Below the pieces are notes generated by a model. The model made no database searches, had not been told where the DNA came from, and saw only the letters and a program-made list of their open reading frames with translations. Below, piece after piece: positions 1-11,027 of a DNA stretch of 64,000 nucleotides. Each line of letters opens with the position of its first letter. The first letter of the stretch is position 1. Both the position numbers and the translations under genes were made by a program. Origin of the DNA: Octopus vulgaris (taxonomy: Eukaryota); the NCBI GenBank assembly GCA_951406725.2, contig OX597832.1, forward strand, positions 21,824,001 through 21,888,000. The letters are read 5' to 3'.

Positions 1-153
1 GTATGTATGTATGCAAGTATATATGTATGTATATATGTATGTATGCATGTATGAATGTATGTGTGTGTGTATGTATGTACGTATGTGTGTGTATGTATGT
101 GTGTATGTATGTGTGTATGTATGTACGTATGTGTGTGTATGTATGTATGTGTG
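1..153. repeat. (GTAT/GTGT)n compound microsatellite
   Basis: Visible tandem tatg/tgtg units. Confidence 0.9.
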
Positions 154-257
154 CAAATTTGTATGTTTTGTTTCATGTATGTATTACCATGCATATAGTT
201 GCTTATCTAGACATGTTCATATATATTTAAATGATAACAATCTGCAAAGTTTTACAG

Positions 258-405
258 ATTCTTACAGTTCCACTGATGGATTGGATCTGTAGTTTTCGAA
301 TTAGATTTTTCTCCTCTGATTTTGAGAGGCCTAATTTCTCAAGATTGGTATTTAGGCAGAGTGATATATATCCCAGTGCTCCAATGATTTACAGGTATAA
401 ACCTG
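258..405 (+). CDS. Candidate internal coding exon A of an unidentified spliced gene (ILTVPLMDWICSFRIRFF...YRYKP-G)
   Basis: Non-repetitive open frame between ttttacag acceptor (alternative cttacag giving start 268) and G|gtatgt donor. Ends in phase 1, matching the exon at 4880. Confidence 0.5.
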
Positions 406-429
406 GTATGTATGTATGTATGTATGTTA

Positions 430-723
430 CTCTTTTACTTGTTTGACTGTGGCCATGCTGGAGTACCGCCTTTAGTCGAGCAAATCGACCCCAGGACTTA
501 TTCTTTAGAAGCCTAGTACTTATTCTATCGATCTCTTTTGCCGAACCGCTAAGTTACGGGGGACGTAAACACACCAGTATCGGTTGTCAAGCGATGTTGA
601 TGGGTGGGGGGGGGAGACAAACACAGACACACAAACACATATATATACATATACATATATACGACGGGTTTCTTTTCAGTTTCCGTCTACCAAATCCACT
701 CATAAGGCTTTGGGCGGCCCGAG
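430..723 (-). mobile_element. tRNA-derived CORE-type SINE, 3' part
   Basis: Matches the family seen in full at 59546-59952 (tttccgtctaccaaatccactcacaaggc motif). Confidence 0.85.
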
Positions 724-1092
724 CTCAGTCGCACTGCGTGGCACTTCGGGCAAGTGTCTTCTACTATAGCCACGGGACGACCAAAGCCTTGTGAGTGGAT
801 TTGGTAGACGGAAACTGAAAGAAGCCCGTCGAATACATACATATATATATATACCTGTATGTGTGTGTCTGTGTTTATCCCCACCACCACCGCCGCCGCC
901 GCTTGACAATCGCTGTTGGTTTGTTTATATCCCCGTAACTTAGCGGTTCGGTAAAACAGACCGAAAGAATAAATATCAGGCTTAAAAGAAAGAAGGAAAA
1001 AAAAAAAAGAATGGGGTCGATTCGTACAACTAAAATTTCGTCAAAGCGGTGCCCCAGCATGGCCGCAGTCTAATGACTGAAGCACGTAGAAG
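724..1092 (+). mobile_element. CORE-type SINE, 5'-truncated, inverted relative to the preceding copy
   Basis: gtggcacttcgggcaagtgtcttctactatagcc...gtgagtggatttggtagacggaaactgaaagaagccc. Confidence 0.85.
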
Positions 1093-1129
1093 ATAATCTA
1101 TTATAACCTGACTGAGACGGTCATTGCGT

Positions 1130-1290
1130 GTAGCTACCTTGACGCTGCGGTAATCTCGTATGCAAGAATCGATAATGAAATCGTTCTGCGTCTTTGAATA
1201 GCCAGTAATTCTTTTGGAAATTTACCTGAGCGTCTCTGGAAAGATCATGGCGCTTCATTCAAATCCGAGGTGCAATTTTATCCCAGATCT
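1130..1290 (+). pseudogene. RTE-clade LINE reverse transcriptase fragment
   Basis: Translates SYLDAAVISYARIDNEIVLRL*IASNSFGNLPERLWKDHG, resembling the RTE YLG..IDxEV..RI.KAS..FG.L..RVW segment; internal stop. Confidence 0.7.
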
Positions 1291-1369
1291 ATTTTAATGG
1301 TATGAGAGGTGGACTGCATACAAAAATCAAATCGACTTTGTGGACGCGTCGCTTTCGGACATTACTGTC

Positions 1370-1925
1370 AGAATCGTTGGCACACCGGATAAAATGCTTA
1401 GCGGCATTTCGTCCGTCTTTACGTTTCGCCTTCAAACTCCGCTGGGGTCGACTTTGCCTTTCATCCTTTCGAGGTCGATAAATTAAGAACCAGTCAAGCA
1501 TGTAATCGACTTACTCCTGACCACGAACGTGCTAACTTGTCGCCAAAATTTGAAACTAATATTTTCCTAAGGCGGCGAGCTGACAGAATCTTATTTCGCC
1601 TGCCGGTACGTTCTGAGTTCAAATTCCGCCGAGGTCGACTTTGCCTTTCATCTTTTCGGGGTTGATAAATTAAGTACCAGTTACGCACTGGAGTCGATGT
1701 AATCGACTTAATCCGTTTGCCTGTCCTCTCTGTGTGTAGCCCCTCGTGGGCAATAAAGAAATAGGCATTACGTCCATCTTTACGTTCTCAGTTCAAATTC
1801 TTCCGAGATCGACTTTGCCTTTCATCCTTTCGCGGTCTATAAAATAAGTACCAGTTGAGCACTGGAGTCGATGTAATCGACTTACCTCCAGCCTCGAAAT
1901 TACTGGCCTAATACCAAAATTTAGA
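1370..1925 (+). mobile_element. Cluster of three Nin/Deu-domain tRNA-derived SINEs
   Basis: Repeated gagttcaaattccgccgaggtcgactttgcctttcatcctttcggggtcgataaattaagtaccag. Confidence 0.85.
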
Positions 1926-2249
1926 AGCTCAACCGGAACGAATCACCAGGGTACACTTTATTGCATTATGTTACAGAAAACAATGTAATAATGTGTGTAT
2001 TTTCTTTGGGATGTATTTTAATTCTTTTCTCTTTACTTAATTCAAGACAGGCATTTACAAACTGGTATGGCTCTTTTGTTTATATCAGGACGATTCGTAG
2101 GATTCGAGATCGTCTGTGGTTGATGTATGCGTTATATGCGTGGATGTTGTGCGCATGTGTGTGTGGCTATGAATAAACTTGCATTCGTGGGGGTGTGTTT
2201 CACCGCAGAACACAGGTAAGCATTTCACAACTATTTATGTGTGTTGTTT

Positions 2250-2805
2250 GTTTGTTCCTACTCGAGCCATGCCTGACTCATTAGGGCCGGTTTCCCGGCT
2301 TCTTTGGCGTATAGGTTCCCCACCTGGACGGGACGCCGGTCCGTCGAAGGTGAGCTGCAAGATGCAGGAGGAAAGAGTGAGAGAAAGTTGTAGCAAAAAA
2401 GTCAGCAGAAGTTCGCCATTACTTTCTGCCGGAGCCGCGTGGAGCTTAGGTGTTTCGCTCATAAACACACACATCGCCCGGTCTGAGATTCGAACCCGCG
2501 ATCCATCGACCGCGAGTCCGCTGCTCTAACCACTAGGCCATGTGCCTCCACAAATAAATGCGCTCTTTTAAAGCCTAGCCAGGCTCATGGGCCCGGTTTC
2601 CCGGTTTCAATGGCGTATATGTTCCGCAGCCGGACGGGACGCCAGTCCATCGCAGCGTTACTTACTTTTGCCTGCTGAGTGGACTGGAGCAACGTGATAT
2701 GAAGTGTTTTGCTCAAAACACAACGCGTCGCCTGGTCCAGGAATCGAAACCACAATCTTACGATCATGATGCTGACACCCTAACCACTAAGCCACGCGCC
2801 TCCAC
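2250..2805 (-). mobile_element. Two adjacent tRNA-headed SINEs (families distinct from the above)
   Basis: Minus-strand heads gtggaggcacatggcctagtggttagagcagcgg and gtggaggcgcgtggcttagtggttagggtg with A/B boxes. Related copies at 18418-18665 and 20935-21207. Confidence 0.8.
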
Positions 2806-2849
2806 ATTTATGTGTGTGCGTATGCATGTATCCCATATGTACGTGCGGT

Positions 2850-3180
2850 TTGGGAAATGTAGTCACCCAGGAGTCTCAAACGGAGAAACTCTGAAATGTT
2901 TTGTAAATTTTCAGTTGTGTGTGCATAGATCGCAGATCAGCGAGTTTCTCCACGTTGATCCTCTATTTTTTGGCATTGAGATGTCATAACGCCGGTACTA
3001 CGGACATGTGATTAGAAAGTCACAGGAAAGAATCGCAAAACGGATCCTTCAAGTCGTGCGAACCAGCAAGAGATTTTGGACAGACCAAGAAAGAAATGCT
3101 TGGATAATATACACAGTCTCAGATGACCACGCTTGGGAATCCGGTTGGAAAGTATAATGAAGGTTACTTCTAAGGGATAG
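2850..3180 (+). pseudogene. Degenerate RTE-like LINE 3' fragment
   Basis: RRYYGHVIRKSQERIAKRILQVVRTSKR resembles the RTE C-terminal RWxGHVxR..R..K.IL motif. Confidence 0.55.
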
Positions 3181-3224
3181 TAAACGGAGAATATGTATGT
3201 ATGTATTTTTTAATCTTTTTTAAA

Positions 3225-3585
3225 TTTTATTTCATCTAGTTTCAGCTCACGAGCTGTGGCCATCCTGGGGCATCGCCATTCGGTGTTGCTACAGGATTTT
3301 ACTTCACGAATGCATTTTAGCAATTGACGTTTGGTGCATGAGAGAGTTTGATGCAGCTGCCCTCATCTGCACCTCCTGCCATAAAGTTGGTTCATCTGGG
3401 ACACCTGACAGGAAGAGGTCCAGCTTTATTTTAAAGACATCTGCATCCACCCCATGCAGGTCTCTCAGGTCCTTCGGGAGGATATTGAAGAGCTGTGGAC
3501 CTCCGAAGCCCAGGCTATCAGAATATCTTGTCCTACATCTTGATGGCAAATTTGGAGTCCTTGGCAGTGGCGCCCAGTTCTAGTA
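3225..3585 (-). pseudogene. CR1/L2-group LINE 3' end
   Basis: ORF 3304-3549: SLGFGGPQLFNILPKDLRDL..VFKIKLDLFLSGVPDEP, a typical CR1/L2-group ORF2 C-terminus. Confidence 0.75.
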
Positions 3586-3766
3586 TGTATGTATGTATGT
3601 ATGTATGTATGTATGTATGTATGTATGTATGTATGTATGTATGCATGTATGAATGTATGTATGTGTGTATGTATGTATGTATTATGTATGTATGTATGTT
3701 TGTATGTATGTATGTATGTGTGTATGTATGTATGTATGTATGTATGTATGTATGTATGTATGTATG
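3583..3766. repeat. (TATG)n microsatellite
   Basis: About 180 bp of gtat repeats. Confidence 0.95.
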
Positions 3767-4879
3767 ATGTGTGATTGTGTGCGTAGGCATATATGATCCA
3801 TGTATAAATGACACCGTCGAGGCATACAGCGTGTCTTGGGCATTTTAAAACCTGGCGGATCCAACCCTCTCTGAGTTCGAACACAACCGATTTCTTCTAG
3901 GAAGAAAGGGAGAGAAAATGAGAAAAAAAGAAACAGATAAAGAACAGACTCTGGTGTGTGTGTGTGTTACAAGCAGTTATTGAGCTGTGATGTAACAAAG
4001 TTCTTAAATAAGAATGACGCGAACCCACCGAAAAGTTTCATCCAATTCCACATCAATTAAGGTAGACAGTAGCTTCCTCATTTAGTTTTGATCGTTATTT
4101 CTCTCATTAAATCCATTTACCAATTAAATTCGGATAAAAAACAAAAACTTAGAGTTATTTCCCTTACTCATTATCAAATCACATTTTCATGTCTTTTGAG
4201 ATTTTTGTGTGGGGGTTTGAAAATAATAATAATAATCCTTTTTACTATTGATACAAAGTTTGATATTTTGTGGTAGGGATATAATCGATTACATCGACCC
4301 CAGTGTTCACACACAGTGGTCAACTATTACTTAATTCATCAACTACGAAAGAATGAAAAGCAAAATAGACATCGGCGGAATTTGAACTCAGAACGTAAGA
4401 CAAATGAGTTTAATGTATAAAATGTTCAGACGCATTACAGCTTGTCGGAAGGGGTTAAAAGAGGGACCAGAAAGCAGCGATAAGTCGAGTAAAGAAAGAC
4501 AACACTGAAGGCCAGAAGTACATGCGTAGTACAAATGATAATAATAACACGAACAGACAGAAAAAGGGAACAGTAAAAGAGGCGTAAAGTGCAAATGATG
4601 CATAATCACAATGACTTTATTTCCTCATAACTTTATTGATATTTATATATAAAAAAATAAAAAAATAAAATAAGATTTATTAGCATAAAAGTCATGAACA
4701 CTTCCGAAAACGTATCTACATAAAATATCCACTCAAAAATGTGCATTACCGAGAAAGTTACGAAGAAACAAAAATCGTTGGTGTTTGGGGTACCAAACTG
4801 TAGTTATGTCGCATAAGGTTATCTTCTCATCAATAGCATATCATTTGCAATCATCCCGTCCTTCTATTTCTGTTTTCAG

Positions 4880-4934
4880 GTAGTCTGCTCTTGGACTGCA
4901 TTACCGAACATGTCATCTCCTTTGAAAACGATTT
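4880..4934 (+). CDS. Candidate 55-nt coding exon B of the unidentified gene (G-SLLLDCITEHVISFEND-F)
   Basis: Strong acceptor cttctatttctgttttcag and donor gtatgt. Phase 1 in, phase 2 out, open in the frame joining exons A and C. Confidence 0.5.
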
Positions 4935-5063
4935 GTATGTTTATTTATTTTGTGGTTTATTCTGTACACAGTGCACGCACTTGCAGCTTTCATTATAACC
5001 CTTTTTTTTTACTTGACTTATTGCCGTTTTCTGAACCCTTTTTTAAACCCTTTTCCAACCAGC

Positions 5064-5406
5064 GCATCTTTTCGGTTTGAACGGCAGTCTTTTCTAGCGG
5101 TGTCATATGAAATTGTCACCCATAATTATGACCCTAGTATCGATCTATTGCATTTCAATCTGTTTTAGGGTTAGGGGGAAGGGTATCTTTTTTTCTTTAC
5201 AAATGTAAATAAACCCAATCTGTTTCTTAAACGAGGGACATATTCATATGGCACAGAATATTTTCACCTCAATAGACGTCATTGATTGGTTGAAATTGCA
5301 GAAGAAAAAAACAACTAATATCTTACAACCCATAGAATTTTCTCAATAAAGTGTTTAGTTATGTGGAAATTATTTTAAAAAACTGCCGATCAAACCGAAA
5401 ATATCC
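5064..5406. mobile_element. MITE with ~30-bp TIRs and 8(9)-bp TSD (Merlin/MULE-like)
   Basis: TIRs gcatcttttcggtttgaacggcagt / actgccgatcaaaccgaaaatatcc. TSD caaccagc at 5056-5063 and 5407-5414; the empty site is seen in sister tandem copies. Confidence 0.85.
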
Positions 5407-5468
5407 CAACCAGCTGTAATACACCTGGCCACCACATACAATAAATACATTATTATTATTATTATTAA

Positions 5469-5507
<39 letters not shown>

Positions 5508-5855
5508 AGGACAGAGTGTTTGGCTACCATTTCTAGCACGACCAATGACCTCACAAGAAAATCCCCGCTTTTCTCTATATCCTCTTTTACCGTTTTCCCA
5601 TAAACTGCATTGCACCTGAGCAATACACATGAGGTATATTTAGCTGCTGTTCGGATATTAATACATCTTCCCCAGGGCCCCTGTCCCAGTATTAAAGGGT
5701 TTTTTTCCCTCGACTCTGGTCAGCTATATTGTAGCTTTCATTATAGCCCCTTTTTTTTTTAAAACTTGACTTATTGCCGTTTCCTGGACCCTCTTTTAAC
5801 CCTTTTCCAACCAGCTATAGTACACCTGGCCACCACATACAATAAACACGTTATT

Positions 5856-6055
5856 GGGCGAAATGCGTAGCCGTATTTCGTCTGTCGTTACGCTCTGAGT
5901 TCAAATTCCGCCGAGCTCGACTTTACCTTTCATCCTTTCGGGGTCGATAAATAAAGTACCAGCTTCCCACTGGGATCGATGTAATCGACTTAATCCCTTT
6001 GTCTGTCCATCTTTGTCCCCTCTGTGTTTAGCCCCTTGTGGGCAGTAAAGACATA
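5856..6055 (+). mobile_element. 5'-truncated Nin/Deu-type SINE (duplicated at 6417-6582)
   Basis: Identical junction cacgttattgggcgaaatgcgtagcc in both copies. Confidence 0.85.
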
Positions 6056-7199
6056 TATTATTATTATTATTACAGGACAGATTGTTTGGCTATCATTTCT
6101 AGCACGACCAATGACCTCATAAGAAAAATCCCCGCTCTTCTCTATATCCTCTTTTACCGTTTTCCAATAAACTATAATGCACCTGAGCAATACACACGAG
6201 GTATATTTGGCTGCTGTTCGTATATTAATATATCTCCCCAGGGCCCCTGTCCCAGTATTAAAGGGTCCCCCCCCCGACCCTGGTCAGCTATATTGTAGCT
6301 TTCATTATAGCCCTTTTTTTTTTTACTTGATTTATTGCCGTTTCCTGGACCCTCTTTTAACTCTTTTCCAACCAGCTATAGTACACCTGGCCACCACATA
6401 CAATAAACACGTTATTGGGCGAAATGCGTAGCCGTATTTCGTCTGTCGTTACGCTCTGAGTTCAAATTCCGCCGAGGTCGACTTTGCCTTTCATCCTTTC
6501 GGGGTCGATGTAATCGACTTAATCCCTTTGTCTGTCCATTTTTGCCCCCTCTGTGTTTAGTCCCTTGTGGGCAGTAAAGAAATATATTATTATTATTATT
6601 ATTATTATTATTACTAGACAGCTTGTTTGGCTACCATTTCTAGCACGACCAATGACCTCATAAGAAAAATCCCCGCTTTTCTCTATATCCTCTTTTACCG
6701 TTTTCCAATAAACCGTAATGAACCTGAGCCATGCACACGAGGTATATTTGGCTGCAGTTCGGATATTAATATATCTCCCCCAGGGCCCCTGTCACAGCAT
6801 TAAATTGATTATTTCCCCCGGCTCAGGTCAGCTATATTGTAGCTTTCATTATAGCCCTTTTTTATTTTTACTTGACTTATTGCCGTTTCCTGGACCCTCT
6901 TTTAACCCTTTTCCAACCAGCTGTAGTACACCTGGCCACCATATACAATAAACACATTATTATTCACGTTGCTCCAGTTCACTCAGCTGTAGAATTGAGT
7001 TGCGACGTCACAGGTGCCAAGCTGCATCGGGCCCTTTGCCTTTCCCTTGGATAACACTGGTGGCGCGGAGAGGGGAGGCCGGTATGCATGGGCGACTACT
7101 GGTCTTCCATAAACAACCTTGCCCGGACTTGTGTCTAGGAGGGCAACTTTCTAGGTGCAATCCCATGGTCATTCATGACCGAAGGGGGTCTTTACCCCC

Positions 7200-7253
<54 letters not shown>

Positions 7254-7255
7254 AT

Positions 7256-7401
7256 GGCATAACTTCGGTATAAGTCCCGGATACATTTCAAGAAAGTGTT
7301 TTTTTTATATATATATGGAGGGTTAGGGTGGGAAAAAAGGGTTTCTGTTTTCTTCAGAAATGTAAACAAAGTCACGTGTGTACTTATACCGAAGGATCGC
7401 C
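7256..7401. mobile_element. Short MITE with GG..CC TIRs inserted in (TTA)n
   Basis: ggcataacttcggtataagt / acttataccgaaggatcgcc. Flanks attaatat / attattat; internal gggttaggg as in the 5064 MITE. Confidence 0.75.
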
Positions 7402-7649
7402 ATTATTATTATTATTACTAGACAGATTGTTTGGCTATTATTTCTAGCACGACCAATGATCTCATAAGAAAATCCCCGCTTTTCTCTATATCTTCTTTTA
7501 CCGTTTTCCAATAAACTGTAATACACCTGAGCAATATACATGAGGTATATTTAGCTGCTGTTCGGATATTAATACATCTCCCCCAGGGCCCCTGTCCCAG
7601 TATTAAAGGGTTTTTTTCCCCCCGCTCCGACCCTAGGTCAGCTGTTGTT

Positions 7650-7852
7650 TATATGAAACCGACAGCAAGGTACTCGTCTGCTGCATTCGTAACTTCTCGA
7701 CAGGAGAGTTCCACTATCCAATTTAACGCGCGCCGTGCGGCCTTCCTTTCTCTTTCGCCGGTCATAAACGGTGTAGATTCATACAAGGTAAAAGTCGATA
7801 TATTTATACACATATATATATATTTTATTTTGTATTGAACTCACTATCAACA
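7650..7852 (+). promoter_or_regulatory. Probable METTL3 promoter/5' UTR (CpG-enriched patch)
   Basis: Locally CpG-rich (aacgcgcgccgtgcggcc, tcgccggt) in an AT-rich background directly upstream of the ATG; position-based inference. Confidence 0.4.
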
Positions 7853-9511
7853 ATGTCTGATACGTGGAGTGATATCCAAGCTGCCAAAACGAAGCAGAGC
7901 AGCATGAGAGCCAAACTGTTAGAAAGGAAACGAAAAAGAGAAGGTATGGTTGCCGAAATGACAAATGCCGAGTCGTCCAGTTCGGGCTCTTTGTCGGCCG
8001 CTGGCATTGCTCAAAGTCAAACACCCCGTGTACCGTCGCCTACCCTTGCTCCGGATAGCTCTGTTAAAACCGAACACATTAAAGTCGATGCCGAAATCAA
8101 AAAGAAGCTATTGCTTGTGTTGTGTGATATAAACCTAGACATACCTTGTAATGCCACTCAGATCGCGGAACACACTTCTAAAATGTTAGGAAGAGAAGTG
8201 AAGCTGATCGTCATTGAAGATCTGTTACAGCAATTGTCCAGTCAGCAGTTACTTAGCATCGTTTCGAAAGAATCTAAAGATCAAAGCCACATCACCGTAA
8301 CCTCTCTCGATCTGAGTAAACTCAGCGCTGTTACGAACACTTCGGAGAATTCCTCAAACAAAAGAAAGAGAGAAAACGATGATCAAGACAGTTCGGAAAA
8401 TTCAGCGAAGCATCTCAAATCATCATCATCTTCATTGAACCAGCCCGATGACAGCATCGAGAGTTTACTTTCCATGCAATCAGCGAAAGAAAGAGAACAT
8501 AAGAAAGTACAAGAAGAAATCTTACAATTACTTAGCAAACCTACAGCGAAAGAACAATTTCTTGTTGAGAAGTTTAGTTCTCAGGGCGGTGCTCAGCTGC
8601 AAGAATTTTGCCAATATGGAACGAAAGACGAATGTATGAAAACCAACCAGGTATCCGAACCTTGTAAAAGACTTCATTTCAGAAAAATCATTCATAAACA
8701 CACAGATGAATCGCTTGGTGATTGCTCGTTTCTTAATACATGTTTTCATATGGATACATGCAAGTATGTTCACTACGAGATAGACTACCCCGAGAAGAAA
8801 AACCAACTGGCTTTATTGAAGAAAGAACTGTCCTTAAGTAAAAAGACTGGTATGAAGGATGGCACCGTGACCATGTTTCCGCCTCAGTGGGTCCAGTGTG
8901 ATTTGCGATATTTCGATATGTCCGTTCTGGGGAAATGTGCCGTAGTTATGGCTGATCCACCCTGGGATATTCACATGGAGTTACCTTATGGAACCATGAG
9001 TGACGATGAGATGAGAAAATTGGATGTACCTAATCTTCAAGACGACGGTTTCCTGTTTTTGTGGGTGACGGGCAGAGCTATGGAGTTGGGAAGAGAATGT
9101 CTGGAGCTGTGGGGTTACAAAAGAGTTGACGAATTGATCTGGGTGAAAACGAACCAACTTCAGAGAATCATAAGAACTGGACGTACCGGCCATTGGCTAA
9201 ACCACGGCAAAGAACACTGCCTTGTTGGAGTTAAAGGTGATCCAAAAGGCGTGAACAGGGGCCTCGACTGTGATGTGATCGTCGCAGAAGTTCGAGCCAC
9301 AAGTCATAAACCGGACGAAATCTATGGCATTATAGAACGACTTTCACCTGGAACTAGGAAAGTCGAACTGTTTGGACGACCGCACAATGTACAACCAAAC
9401 TGGATTACCTTAGGGAACCAAGTGGATGGAGTACGGCTTAAAGATCCCGATGTTGTGACAAGTTTTCAAAAACGCTACCCCAATGGAAACTGTATGGAAC
9501 CTCCGAAATAA
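7853..9511 (+). CDS. METTL3: N6-adenosine methyltransferase catalytic subunit METTL3 (MT-A70/IME4), 552 aa, single coding exon
   Basis: ATG at 7853 gives MSDTWSDIQA (metazoan METTL3 leader helix). Two CCCH zinc fingers (CQYGTKDEC..C..LH; CSFLNTCFHMDTCKYVH), catalytic DPPW at 8954-8965, conserved RTGRTGHWLNHGKEHCLVG and SHKPDEIY..IERLSPGTRK.ELFGR; no frameshifts. Confidence 0.98.
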   Translation: MSDTWSDIQAAKTKQSSMRAKLLERKRKREGMVAEMTNAESSSSGSLSAAGIAQSQTPRVPSPTLAPDSSVKTEHIKVDAEIKKKLLLVLCDINLDIPCNATQIAEHTSKMLGREVKLIVIEDLLQQLSSQQLLSIVSKESKDQSHITVTSLDLSKLSAVTNTSENSSNKRKRENDDQDSSENSAKHLKSSSSSLNQPDDSIESLLSMQSAKEREHKKVQEEILQLLSKPTAKEQFLVEKFSSQGGAQLQEFCQYGTKDECMKTNQVSEPCKRLHFRKIIHKHTDESLGDCSFLNTCFHMDTCKYVHYEIDYPEKKNQLALLKKELSLSKKTGMKDGTVTMFPPQWVQCDLRYFDMSVLGKCAVVMADPPWDIHMELPYGTMSDDEMRKLDVPNLQDDGFLFLWVTGRAMELGRECLELWGYKRVDELIWVKTNQLQRIIRTGRTGHWLNHGKEHCLVGVKGDPKGVNRGLDCDVIVAEVRATSHKPDEIYGIIERLSPGTRKVELFGRPHNVQPNWITLGNQVDGVRLKDPDVVTSFQKRYPNGNCMEPPK

Positions 9512-10330
9512 CATCTATTGTTTACTGAAAGGTGACAGGAGAAAGAATGGGTGAGAGGGATTGTGTGCATCTGCGAGAGAGGGTGGAATAGGAAGTTCAT
9601 TCATTTCGTTTCAAAACTATTCATTGTCTATCATGCCAATATATAAAATTCTATTTGAAGAATCAACGTTTTGCTACTCAAAACTGCAAAACTGATTATC
9701 AATGAAACTCAGGTAGCTCTTCATACTCTTATATACATAAGACGGCCCTCTTCGGATTTCCGAAGAATTCCATTACTTCCGAAATTCTATATAAAATCCT
9801 TTATTCTTTGTCTTTGCTATTACGTATGTATTTCTCATTTTCTGTTTTGTTTTGTTTTATTTTTTGAAATTTTCTAATCTAAAATCAAATATAGATTCTG
9901 GTTGTTAATGTACACCATGTTTTATCAACAATAATCACGATTTTTATGCATTAATAATGATTTCTTTTACATTCTGGAATAGTCACCTTAACAAACAAAT
10001 TGCGCGCGTATGTGCGTGTTTAGCTTCAGGTAAACCTGATACAACAGGTCTTTTGACAGTTGTTCCGGTGAAATGGCAGAATCGTTCCCGCGCCAGACAA
10101 AATACTTCGCAGCATCTCTTTCGACACTTTATGTTCTGAGTTTACATACCTATTTCTTTATTACCCACAAGGGGCTAAACACAGAGCGGACAAACAAGGA
10201 CAGACATAGGTATTAAGTCGATTACATCGACCCCAGTGCATAACTGGTACTTAATTTATCGACCCCGAAAGGATGAAAGGCAAAGTCGACCTCACCCCCG
10301 AGGTCAACTTTGCTGTTCATCCTTTCGGAT

Positions 10331-11027
10331 TTTTTGTAAGACTATGGCACAAATGGAGATTTAACTGCTGTTTTCAGCAGATAAAACGCCTGCGTGCGAT
10401 CAAGCTAACATGAGAACTTCTACGTGGACTTTCGATCTGCTAGAAATAGCAGCCTTAAATCACACCCTACTGTCTTAGAAAATAACTTACTAGATAATAC
10501 TGGTGTCAGTTTGAACCGCCTCCCCAAAAATGTTAGCCCTTGTGCATATAATATAGTAGAAAGTATTATTATTTTTATTGTTTGGGTACTACTTAAGAAG
10601 GGTGGTCCCGGTGCGCGCACTCGCGTACTCTCGCATCTGCGCTAGCTAGTCATGACTAGTTGATCCTACAACGACTACCTAGCAAAGTAAATAAAACACT
10701 AAATAATTTTTTTAAAACAAAGTAAATAAAACACAAAAACACAAAGTAAGGATCGACTAGTCACGACTAGCTAGCGCGAGTGCGCGCACCGGGACCACTC
10801 TTCTTAAGTAGTACCTATTGTTTGTCTAGCACACGGTTCAGTGTTGCTATTTTTTGTAAGACTATGGGCATAAATGGAGATTTAACTGCTGTTTTCAGCA
10901 GATAAAACGCCTGCCTGCGATCAAGCTAACGTGAGAACTTCTACGTGGACTTTCGATCTGCTAGAAATAGCAGCCTAGCTCCCTTAAATCATACCTTACT
11001 GTCTTAGAAAATAACTTGTTAGATAAT
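10331..11027 (+). repeat. ~170-bp direct duplication (10331-10500 / 10851-11027) flanking a MITE
   Basis: tttttgtaagactatgg..aaatggagatttaactgctg..ctagaaatagcagcc..gtcttagaaaataact occurs twice. Confidence 0.85.
10585..10815. mobile_element. Fold-back MITE, GGTACTAC termini, 9-bp TSD (Merlin/MULE-like)
   Basis: Long TIRs ggtactacttaagaagggtggtcccggtgcgcgcactcgcg. TSD tattgtttg at 10576-10584 and 10816-10824. Confidence 0.92.

Larger units (their letters stand above)
4982..7643 (+). repeat. Tandem array of a ~350-bp unit (about 4 copies' worth, in 5 segments) interspersed with SINE/MITE insertions
   Basis: Segments at ~4982-5450, 5506-5855, 6070-6415, 6612-6962 and 7417-7643 share ctagcacgaccaatgacctc..cagggcccctgtc and/or cttttccaaccagct. 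Confidence 0.9.

Noticed and set aside
7835-7852. ORF-track start for METTL3 at a TTG
   Set aside because: Eukaryotic gene; the conserved N-terminus MSDTW starts at ATG 7853
7788-7852. Possible 5' UTR intron of METTL3 (aag|gtaaaa)
   Set aside because: No plausible pyrimidine-tract/AG acceptor between it and the ATG
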